64,000 bases of DNA from Octopus vulgaris (Eukaryota): positions 38,068,001-38,132,000 of the forward strand of contig OX597831.1 in assembly GCA_951406725.2 (NCBI GenBank). The letters are read 5' to 3'. The translations under genes and the position numbers were made by a program. Shown piece by piece: positions 52,421 through 64,000 of this stretch (position 1 is the stretch's first letter; every line of letters starts with the position of its first letter). The notes below the pieces were generated by a model. That model did no database searches. It was not told where the DNA came from and was given only the letters and a program-made list of their open reading frames with translations.

Positions 52421-54040
52421 CTCACACACATTCAGAGACTCTTCGAGTATTACTTTGTTTCCTTCTCTCTCTTTCACTAGTCTGTTTCGTTGTTTATTTG
52501 CTCCTCACCTTTTTTATTTATCTCTATTCGTCTACCTATCTCCATCTACCGCTTCCCTCTTCCCCCCTCCATGTTTATATACTCACTTGCGCGCACGCAC
52601 AGCCGCGTACAAACACACACAAACACACACGCGCACTCACGCAGATATATCTAGGCATTTAGAGAGCGGGTGAGAGAGAGAGAGGGAGAGGGAGAATGGA
52701 AAATTGAAAGACAAAAACATAACCACATAGAGAGGCCCATATTTATTTTTTTTTTTTCTGTATTTATTGATCTGTTTGTGTATCGACTTTTCTGTTGTTA
52801 TAAATGTATCTCTTCGTGTTTTTGCGTTCCTTTATGATTCTGTTGGCGCCAGACATGTTAAGCAATGTTGTCGGTCTGCAATATTTTTTTATATACCAGA
52901 TCTCAACTGTCAATTTCTATAATATGATGGGCTTATTTTTTAATTAATTATTGTTTTTTTAAATTTCTTTTTTCTTCATATGCGATGTTTTCAAAAAAAA
53001 TTATTTAGTGCTTTTATTTCTATTGTTTAAATTTTTTAAATACGACAAAAAAATATTCATAAGTGATATAAAATATACAATGAACCAAAAACTAAAAGAT
53101 TCTATTGTTTTTATGAAATGTCTCTTTTATAATCTTTTTCTTTCTTTTATTTTCAACGTTAGATATCTCTCATGCTGAGATTCTTTTCACTCTTATTATC
53201 ATGGTTACATTCGTCATTACTTTTGCTGGTTTTAGTGACGTTGTTTCTTTTGCGTTGCTGTTGTTTGTTTTTTTGTTATTTTTCTTTTGCTGTATTAAGC
53301 AAGCAAAGCAAATATTCATGAGTGCATAACTCATTAACTTCAACGAAATGAGACAATAAAATACTAACATGAAAACTCAGACTTCGCCCACGTATAAAAA
53401 TATTCGAAAGCGAGAGACATAAAATCAAATAAACCAAAAGAAAAAAAAAACAGCGAAAGAATTTGTAACTAGAAGCATTATGGAAACATATTTAGCTCTG
53501 GTAAATTTCTTTATCCTAATTATCGATAAATACAATTATTTTGTCATGCTAATTTCTCTTCATTTACTTGCTGGTTTATTTTCTGTTTACATGGACCCTT
53601 CTTTTCTTTAATAGTTTTAAAATAAAGCATTTGAAGAAAATATTTCTCGATGAAATGAAAAATAAAAGAAAAAGCAGAAAGTTCTACAAATGAATAACAA
53701 TAATACTGGATTTAAACGGTATTGAATACGAGAAGCAAACGGAAATAATAATCGATTCGGTACCGGATAACCAGCTTGTTGTTTGCGCCCATTTATCGTG
53801 AAAACATCAGACCTGGAGCCAAGGCAATTAGGTTTTGAAGCCCACTACAAATAAACAGGCTCATTTATGAGGTTATGTAGTTACGTTGCTTGATTTGCAA
53901 TCAGGTAAGTCTCGGTTCAATTTCATAACGGAGCAATTTGGACAAGTAAATTTCACTATCACCCTGGGCCAACGAATGCCTACAGGGCAGAGGTTGTAGA
54001 TGGAAGCTGTGGCAGCCGTCATACATACATACATACATAT

Positions 54041-54347
54041 ATCACGTGATCACGTGACCGACCAGACCATCAGAAGTTGTTACACATCGCTGGTCACAAT
54101 GCGTTCGCATTGTTTTAGCCTTCGTATGACGCCACCCCGCTGGCTAAGCGAGCAGGCCAACAGAAGAAAGAGTGAGAGAAAGAGTTGTGAAAGAGTACAG
54201 CAGGTATCACCACCCCGTGTCGGAGCGTCGTGGAGCTTTTAGGTGTTTTCGCTCAATAAACACAGACAACGCCTGATCTGGGAATCGAAACCGCGATCCT
54301 ACGACCACGAGTCCGCTGCCCTAACCACTGGGCCATTGCGCCTCCAC
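54041..54347 (-). mobile_element. SINE family C variant with a different 3' tail
   Basis: Head CCCTAACCACTGGGCCATTGCGCCTCCAC and body shared with family C; the tail differs. Confidence 0.75.
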
Positions 54348-54352
54348 ACACA

Positions 54353-54395
<43 letters not shown>

Positions 54396-55147
54396 ACATA
54401 CATACATATAGATATATAGAGAGATACATATATATAAACAAGTATATATATGTATATATACATATGTGTGTATGTTTGTATGTATACATATACATATGTA
54501 CATACATATATATATATGTATATTTGTATATAGGCAACTTTGCTGTTGAAAATGCTCCTACATTTGAAAAAACGTTGTTTTCTTCAACTCACCTATATAT
54601 TGCGTCCAGCTCACATTGCAGATGCACAACTTCTCTAGGGTTCTGTACTGAGAGCATTAGATTCATTGGAAGAAAGCAGCGAATGTATACGAAAACAAGG
54701 ACGAAAAAAATACGGAAAATGTTACACGAATACAAATAACAGGACATAACAACAGGTGTCTTTCGACTGCGGACGGATTAAATTGAGCTGGCATGTGAGG
54801 AAATATAGCCTTACGGCAGGGATACAAGATTTCACAGGTACAGGGAGGAATATAGATGTTGCACGGACGACGATCGAAGCAAGAAAGAAAGATCAGTTTT
54901 CGCCGAATACCAGTCATGTGGAGAGAGAAGAGAGAGATAGTTAGAGGTAGAGGGACAGAAGAATTAAGGAGGGGCAATAAAAGAATGACAGGAACACAGT
55001 GAAGTGAAAAGAGGAGGGAAAGTCAGCAACAAGAGAAGGCAGGGAAATGTTAGAGAGGCGGAACGAAAGAGGGAGGAGTGGAATGAAGGAATAAGCGTGA
55101 AAAGGCTGATAGAAAGAAAGAATAGAGTCGTATAAGATTTAAGTAAA

Positions 55148-55188
55148 ATATATACTTGCATATAAGAGACTAAAGTGCACGTACGCCG

Positions 55189-55230
<42 letters not shown>

Positions 55231-55263
55231 CGGCGTACGTACACTTTAGTCTCTTATATGCAA

Positions 55264-55271
<8 letters not shown>
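55148..55271. repeat. Short palindrome (arms about 40 bp) centred on (TA)n
   Basis: TACTTGCATATAAGAGACTAAAGTGCACGTACGCCGCT-(AT)n-AGCGGCGTACGTACACTTTAGTCTCTTATATGCAAGTA, one mismatch. Confidence 0.93.
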
Positions 55272-55314
<43 letters not shown>

Positions 55315-55320
55315 CATATA

Positions 55321-55466
55321 TAGGAGTAACTGTGTGGTAGTTAGCTTGCTTACCAACCAAATGGTTCCGGGTTCAGTCCCACTGCGTGGCACCTTGGGTA
55401 AGTGTCTGCTAATATAGCCTCGGGCCGATCAAAGACTTGTGAGTTGATTTGGAAGACGGAATCTAA

Positions 55467-55498
<32 letters not shown>

Positions 55499-55733
55499 GT
55501 TTGTGTGTCTGTGTATGTCCCCCCAATATCGCTTAATAACCGATTCTGGTGTGTTTGCGTCCCCGCGGCCTAGCGATTCGGCAAAAGAGATCGATAGAAT
55601 AAGGACTAGGCTTACAAAGAATAAGTCCTGTGGTCAATTTACTAGACTATAGGCGTTGTTCCAGCATCGCCACACTCAAATGACTGAAACAAGTAAAAGA
55701 GTATGTTTATAGACGAACACAAACTATATATAT

Positions 55734-55802
<69 letters not shown>

Positions 55803-56083
55803 CATATATGAACATACTATCCCTCTCACAACGCATAACGTCGAAGTAAAAATACGTACTTATATAATATTTTATACAAAGGATTAAAACATGTCCAAAA
55901 TGTGACTTGACCTACACACACACACTTACACTCATACATCTATACACATGCACCCCTCCCCAGGCACGCACAGATATGTTTCATTGAAATGACTTGTAGG
56001 CACGAGCTTGTACTTGTGTGTCTGTGATGTTCGTGTTTGCACCGCGTAACTGTCTGGATGTTTTGTGTTCTTGTCCCATTTTG

Positions 56084-56129
<46 letters not shown>

Positions 56130-56425
56130 GTATATATATGTATAATACAAAATGGGACAAGAACACAAAACATCCAGACAGTTACGCGGTGCAAACACGA
56201 ACATCACAGACACACAAGTACAAGCTCGTGCCTACAAGTAGACATTTCAATGAAACATATCTGTGCGTGCTTGGGGATGGGTGCATGTGTATAGATGTAT
56301 GAGTGTAAGTGTGTGTGTGTAGGTCAAGTCACATTTTGGACATGTTTTAATCCTTTGTATAAAATATTATATAAGTACGTATTTTTACTTCGACGTTATG
56401 CGTTGTTAGAGGGATAGTATGTTCA

Positions 56426-56509
<84 letters not shown>

Positions 56510-56907
56510 GTTTGTGTTCGTCTATAAACATACTCTTTTACTTGTTTCAGTCATTTGAGTGTGGCGATGCTGGAACAACGCCTATAGTCTAGTAAATTGA
56601 CCACAGGACTTATTCTTTGTAAGCCTAGTCCTTATTCTATCGATCTCTTTTGCCGAATCACTAGGCCGCGGGGACGCAAACACACCAGAATCGGTTATTA
56701 AGCGATATTGGGGGGACATACACAGACACACAAACATATATATATATATATATGTATATATTTAGATTCCGTCTCCCAAATCAACTCACAAGTCTTTGAT
56801 CGGCCCGAGGCTATATTAGCAGACACTTGCCCAAGGTGCCACGCAGTGGGACTGAACCCGGAACCATTTGGTTGGTAAGCAAGCTAACTACCACACAGTT
56901 ACTCCTA
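55321..56907. repeat. 1.6-kb palindrome (arms about 770 bp, TA-rich centre of about 50 bp); each arm contains a family B SINE
   Basis: 55321-56090 is the reverse complement of 56141-56907 apart from several substitutions, a small indel and TA-length differences; mirrored ORFs appear in the ORF track. Confidence 0.95.
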
Positions 56908-56913
56908 TGTATG

Positions 56914-56965
<52 letters not shown>

Positions 56966-57791
56966 GTGAATTCAAATAAAGAGACAACTAAAAAGCAGAG
57001 AAAAAAAACAATGTGAGGACGTGCACAAAAAATGTATGTGTTTGACCCTCGTTGAACGGAGAGGGTAGGTGTAAACATTTCGGACATAGCCCTTCGTTGG
57101 AAACAGGAAAGTCCAAAGAAAGAAAGGAATTATCGCCAACGGTTCACGCGCGGTTACCTTTCTGAAAGCATATATATAGTCGTTAAAGTGGTTCAGCTTT
57201 AAATTTAAGGTCATGTTGGAGCACTATTTGAAACTTCAGATATATGTCATTTGGTGAAAGAGGCAGTTCAACGCTGCTGCCCTCATCTGTGTTTCCTGTC
57301 GTGGGGTAGGCTCATATGTAAACTTTGCCAGAATATATATGAATATATATATACGTTATAAATTAGAACAACAGTAAGTCGTAATTATAGTACTTGGAGT
57401 ATCAAATGCCGTTCCGAAGATCTACGCTACATTCACGTCGGCTATTAACGGCAACAGACTATGAAAAACCGTTGAATCAAAGGGAAGTTACTCTAATTGG
57501 TAGAAAAGAAGAAAAGAAGAAAGATAAATACACGCAACCGTATTCTCACCATACATTGACATAAACATCCTGCGTTCCTAACGTCCAATTACGTACACAC
57601 AAAAACATATATACGTACATGCACATACACATACAAACATATATGTCCATGTCCGTACACATGCATACACACATATCCACACACACACGCACATATATAC
57701 ATGTATATATATATACACACACATATATATATGTATATATATATATGTATATACACATATGTATATATATTTATATTTATATATATGTGTG

Positions 57792-57854
<63 letters not shown>

Positions 57855-57995
57855 CAAAAACTGTTCGATGAACGGCAACGGGAAACTCAGAGTAACAGGT
57901 TGAATTTTCTGCTGCTTTAAATAAAGCATATTACTCTACCACTGGTATTTGAGTACTCTTTTTTCCACCTTGTTTCACATTTATGTGTTTACTCC

Positions 57996-58064
<69 letters not shown>

Positions 58065-58376
58065 AAAGGTAGGATAACATTTTTGTCGAAAAAAATTTTA
58101 TCAATGGCCAGCATATTATAAAATACCTTTAAAGGTTTAACTATAAACAACTTATAAATAAGGGCAAACGAAAAAATTCCTAATGCCAAATTTGCTGAAA
58201 ATTAGACATATTGTCTCTATACCATATAACTTTTTTTTGTCTCAGTACGCACACTACTCGAAAAAAAGTCGACAGAAATCTCTAAAAAAACTCGATTATT
58301 ACCATATCGGACCGAATTCAGGGTTAGTTCAAAAAGAACCCTCCCTTCTTCAGTGATACAAGTGATTTATAAGTTG

Positions 58377-58430
<54 letters not shown>

Positions 58431-58564
58431 ACACAGGGAGGATTGTGTATTCGATACCTTTGGCAACTCGATGTCCAAAATTTAAAATGTTTGTTGTAAT
58501 AGTTACTGCTCTATTGTTTAGAGTGGTTTTCTTGTCTGATATATGCTTTATTGACTATGTGTAT

Positions 58565-58615
<51 letters not shown>

Positions 58616-58666
58616 CACTAAAATAGAGAAACGGAAAGATTAAACCTCTATTCGTAAGACAGTAGT

Positions 58667-58697
<31 letters not shown>

Positions 58698-59760
58698 CTA
58701 CATATATATGTGTGTATGACTGCTTTCTTATGTATAGACCTGTAATCTTCCCGCTCCTCCGTTTGTGTGTTTGTCTGCATAAGTGTATTTGTATTTGTAC
58801 CTGTTATGTTTATGCAGACGAAGGCAAATATCACTGTGGCTTATTTTTACTTCGACGTCATATGTTTATATCGGAAGAACTTAGTGCGGTCATATGTTAC
58901 GTACTTTGATCTCTTATAACATTGTGTAGTTCTAACAACATACTTAATTGCTTATCAGTGACAATACCTGCCAGCTATATTCCGTTCTAAGAGTCAACCG
59001 TTTCTCGTTAAAAGCTAAGTGAATAAGAGCAACGATGGTCTCTGTGTGTGCGTTAATATACATATATGTATGTGTGTGTTATATGTATGTATGTATGTAT
59101 TGTATGTGCACAGCACAGTAAAATTTACTGTGTCAAGCAGCTGTTTTTAGATAAGTATAAGCGAGTAGGCAAATAGATTGCATTAGATCTTTACATTTCC
59201 CATTGTCGTTATAAGCTAAAGCTACATTGTTAAGAAATCTGTACTTTTATTATGAACATAATTAATGCAATCCAGTGATTTTGCATTTCACTAGTTGAGC
59301 AATTTTATCCCAATTTACTTAGATTACATCAACGATTAATACAAACATGTAGATAGAATCTCTCGCCCTCAAGCACACAAACACTGACGCTCTTAGACAC
59401 AGGAATACATACAGAAACAGACACATACACATACATAAATACACACAAAAACTCATTGGCAAATACATTGCCAAATGCAGTTATGAAGCATTTTGACCTA
59501 CTTTATCAATTGAACTAAGCCACCACAGTAAATGCTGTCTTGTTTTTGAAACTTGATTGTATATGTATGAACGTGTGTATGTATATAGACATGTATGTAT
59601 ATAGACAAAAATAAAGGAACAAAAAGACAAACAGCTGGTTTCAAGTCATGACATTTGTATATGTATGATTCGATATAAATTTAGCCATGGAAATAAATGT
59701 TACAGGAACTAAAATAAGAGACAGGATGAGAATTAAGATAGGTAGGATTCCACCCGCAGA

Positions 59761-59793
<33 letters not shown>

Positions 59794-60144
59794 CAATAAA
59801 TATATGTGTGTATATGTGTGTGTCTGAGTATGTATGTGTGTATATACATATATTTGTGTGTGTATATACATATATACATACACACATGTATATCTGCAAT
59901 ACATATCAATATTTATGTACATATTCATCTATATGTGAGTAGGAAGCCGAGTATGTCTTCTCTGAGGAGCGATCAAGAAACACTGAAACTATCCGCCAGG
60001 AGACATTCATCTTTTGTCCGCACATCAAATGCACGCAAAGAATGTACTTACATTTCTGTTTTACTCCCTTTCTAATATTCACATTTATTATAGTCAGGAT
60101 TCTCGTTGCATTTTGCATTAAAATATTTGCTTCAAAACATAATT

Positions 60145-60471
60145 ATTTTCTTTTCTTATTTATGTTCCCTTTTCAAGCCTAGCCAGTCTCATGGGCCTGG
60201 TTTCCCGGTTCCTATGGTGTATGTGTTCCCTCCCAAGCTGGACGGAACGCCAGTCATTTGCAGCATTACTCAAGAAACAGGAAGAAAGAATGAGAGAAAG
60301 TTGGGGTGAAAGAGTGCAGCAGGAGTCGCCACCACCCGCTGCCGGAGCTTCGTGGAGCTTTAGATGTTTTCTCTCAATAAATATATACAACATCCGGTCT
60401 GGGAATCGAAACTGCGACCCTCTGACCGCGAATCCGCTGCCCTAAACACGGGTCCATTGCGAATCCACGTG
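60145..60471 (-). mobile_element. SINE family C with an 11-bp TSD
   Basis: TSD AAAACATAATT at 60134-60144 and 60472-60482; homologous to 47665-47949. Confidence 0.82.
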
Positions 60472-61008
60472 AAAACATAATTGCTTTAGCTATATATTGT
60501 TATTCACTTGTTGTCTGTAACATGACAACTTTGCACATTGAATACCTTCTACAGTATAGCTACTTTATGGCTGCTTTATCAATACCAGTATGACGTAGAA
60601 AATATCCCATTGATAAAGAAGGATATTTTGTCTAGTGTATCCTGCACATTAAAGTCCTATTAAACATCAATGCCATTCTTATGTTGTTCAATGTAAGCGT
60701 TTGTAATATTTACGCTTATACGTGTATGTTAGTGTGTATGTATGTGTATGTGTGTCCGTGGGCGTGTGTGTGTTTATGTATATGTGTATGTATATATATG
60801 TGTGTGTGTGTGTGCGTGCGTGAGTTTATGTGGAAGTCACGCTGTTAGGATGTTGCACATACGATAACTGGATAGTGGATTCGATGGGCAGACCAAGAGG
60901 TGCATTTTGTTCTTGAGCAAAACACTTCATTTTATTTTGTCAACTCCCTAGATAGATAGACGGACAGCAGGCAGGCAGGTAGACAGTCATACTGACAGAT
61001 AGATAGAT

Positions 61009-61051
<43 letters not shown>

Positions 61052-61363
61052 GATAGATATCGAATCATGGTAAATGGCATTGACTGTGCATTATCCGTTC
61101 GGACTCTGTTCGCAACGAGATAATGATCGAAATGCGAGTTCAGTTTGACTTTTATTGCAAAATTTGAGGTGAGATCATGGGCTGTCGCAATATGCACTGG
61201 AGTGACGGTATGTAGCAAGCAAGTGTCCATCCATCAAGAATGATATTTGGAGTTCCGAAGAAGATTACATACCATTTTAATTTCTTCCGTGTCTGTTTAG
61301 GTTACCTATTGCTAATTCAGTGCAGGAAACCTTAGTCGATATAGACAGGTGCGTGCATGGTTC

Positions 61364-62615
61364 TACTGGGTGTTCTCACAAATAATGCAGGTTTTATTTT
61401 CTAATTGCATGAACTAAAAGTCGGAGGCGGGGCGAGATAAACTATTCGCATCAATTTGTTATAAAAATAGGTATTAATTTTACATTGTCCTTATTCTTAG
61501 AGCAAGTTTTAAAGAGTGCAGTTTGATACCAATGGTTATGTTTTCAAAGCTATAATGAAAATGACAAAGCGGCATATTCGGGATATTTTGCTTTAAGTGT
61601 TCAATAAAGGAAACAATGCAACAGTAAGTGCGAGGAATATTGATGCAGTACATGAGGATCGGGCAATAAACATAACCTAGTGTCAACAGGGATTCCACAA
61701 ATTCCAAGCCGCAAACCACAGCCTACGGGACGAGCATCATCCTGAAAGATCTCTAAAGATCGACGAGGACGTACCGCAAGCTTTGGTGGAGCAAAATCCT
61801 ATCGTAACTGTTGAGAAACTAGGAGAAAATTTTGAATTTGGTGATTCAACCATTCATGGACACCTACGTGCCATCGGAAAACCGGCAAATTGGTTCAATG
61901 GCTTCCTCACACTTTCCGAGTCTAATCGCGCATAAAATGTGAATGTGTGTGCTTCTTTGTTGTCACTTTTCACAAATAAACCTTTTGTGGACCGAATAGT
62001 GACTGATGTCGATAAATAAATTCTCTATAAACATGTCAAGCACCCAAGACAATGGGTAAGGAAAGGAGAAACACCGGCAACCCAGGCTAAGAAGGTCTTC
62101 GCACACGTAAGGTGTTGTTATGTTTGGAATGAGATGAAAGGTTTAATCCACTTTTAACATTTAAACACAACCCAACCGATAACAAAGGAGTTATGCTGCG
62201 AGAAGCTTGAGCGGTTTAAGTCAAAGCTAGAAGAAAAAAAATGGCCATCTTTGGTTTCAAGACGAAAAGTGTCAACTTAATTATCCATCAGGATAATGCT
62301 TGGCCACTTACAGCAGGGATGACATTCTAAAGGCTGGAGCAGTTTGAATTGGAAAAGAGGTCACCCACCATATTCACCAGACATTGCCCCATCTGATTAT
62401 CATTTATTCCGCTATCTTCAAAATAATTTGGATGGAAAAAATATGAATTCTGTAGATGAGGTCAGAACAGTGCTGGAGGAGTATTTTTCGTCACGGACAA
62501 CTGAATTTTGGAAGAGGGGCCTTGCAAGTCTACCAGATAGATGGAAGAACATTGTAGATAATGAAGGAGAGTATAGTTTAGATTAAAAAATAACTTTGTT
62601 CGTCTTAATTTTGAA
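61364..62615 (+). mobile_element. Decayed mariner element (boundaries approximate)
   Basis: Transposase remnants from about 61550 to 62586; right TIR not identified. Confidence 0.7.
61550..62586 (+). pseudogene. Mariner (DD34D-type) transposase pseudogene
   Basis: HPPYSPDIAPSDYHLFRYLQNNLDGK...FWKRGLASLPDRWKNIVDNEGEY; upstream remnants QWLPH, DRIVTD and HQDNA with many stops. Confidence 0.88.
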
Positions 62616-63594
62616 GATGGGTGTCAACGTTTGCTACGTTTCTGCTTCTGTTCCCACCAGTTACACATCCTTGTTATCATCTGTGCCCCGATTTTCTACC
62701 AGTTTTTTTTTTTTTTCTGGTCACTATAATTGTCTTTCACTACCTTCGTTTAGAACTGTTTTCTCTGTACGACACTCTCTTTCAAAGATTCTATATTTGT
62801 AGCGATGCAAACGTTATGAGAAATTGAATTAGTTGAAAATATGATGATAAATATTATGTAAATAATTTTGTATGTTAATGCATAGATATTTATAACATAT
62901 GCACAAGAAAATATAGAGATATTTCACTTCCAATACTGTTAATCTAAACATAGTTGTAAATGAATGAACATGGATTTTTAGATATTTGTAGGTCGATATC
63001 TTATGATTTAAACATATTATATTTTAGAATTGCTTTGATTATAGTCTGTTATGTGAACGAATAAAGAATTTGGTATTAACATTTGCGGAATTTCAAATTT
63101 AAATTTTGCGATGCAATGATAAATGTAAAGCTTTTATTAGCTGGTTTTATCAAGAGTCCATTAGCAAAATAAATGTTAATTCTTTGACGATAAATCGGGA
63201 AATTTTAAGCTGGTTAATAACCAAAGATATTTCTGTAAGAGCTTGAACTCTACATTTTTGCCTTTGACTTTCGTTGATTTGCATATCTTGTATTGAGTTC
63301 TGCATTGATGTCAGTTCTTATCAATCACTATATTCCGGATACGTATAAACAGTCTGTGACATACGTACAAACACACGCATACTTGTACAGATACATACAT
63401 ACATACATACATACGTACATGCATACATACATACATACATACATACTTGTGTGTGTGCACGCGTGTGGGTGTCTGTGAGTGTATATATATATATGTGTGT
63501 GTGTGCGCGCGTGTGAATTTCTGTGAGTATATATATGTATGTGTGTGTGTACATATAGATATATACATACATTTATATATATACATATATACCA

Positions 63595-63625
<31 letters not shown>

Positions 63626-64000
63626 CGTTTGTGCATATGAATGATTGTGTGTGCCTCTGTGTGTGCGTGTGTGCCTCTCTGTGTGTGTGCCTCTCTGTGT
63701 GTGTGCTTCTCTGTGTGAGTGTATGTCTCTGTGTGTGTGTGTGTACATATAGATATATATACATACATTTATATATATACATATATACCAATATATATAT
63801 ATATGTGTGAGTGCGTGCATATGAATGCTTGTGTGTGCCTCTGTGTGTGTGTGTGTGCCTCTGTGTGTGTGTGTGCTTCTGTGTGTGAGTGTATGTCTGT
63901 GTGTGTACAGAGATACAGAAAAGCAGACGGAGTATAAAGAAATGGGTAATTATGCATTTTGACGTTATGAATCAAACTAGAAAGGAAGATATAAAGTCGT

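Noticed and set aside
59958-60003. CTGAGGA...GAAAC hammerhead-like string (similar weak cases near 4685, 28124 and 57075)
   Set aside because: Stems or the cleavage triplet are not convincingly formed; could be chance or too decayed to call.

Overview
AT-rich, microsatellite-dense eukaryotic DNA; the repeat content looks like an octopus or other cephalopod, which is an inference. I found no host protein-coding exon, and nearly all listed ORFs are microsatellite translations. The main feature is a young Penelope-like retroelement (PLE) inserted in (TA)n at 7536-14434. It consists of a near full-length RT + C-terminal GIY-YIG copy with direct pseudo-LTRs, joined head-to-head to an inverted 5'-truncated copy. 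Its 1306-codon frame is broken only by one in-frame TGA. At 28596-30599 there is a non-coding tandem array of about 4.2 x 474 bp. Every full unit carries a type I hammerhead ribozyme motif and several hairpins, so it is a candidate retrozyme (circular-RNA producer) that could be mobilised by a PLE. At least eight more hammerhead-like motifs of several families are scattered through the window, often in inverted fragments inside microsatellites. Also present are a decayed Tc1, two mariner relics, two LINE 3' fragments, three tRNA-derived SINE families and several fold-back palindromes, the largest 1.6 kb and centred on (TA)n. All alignments and folds were done by eye.
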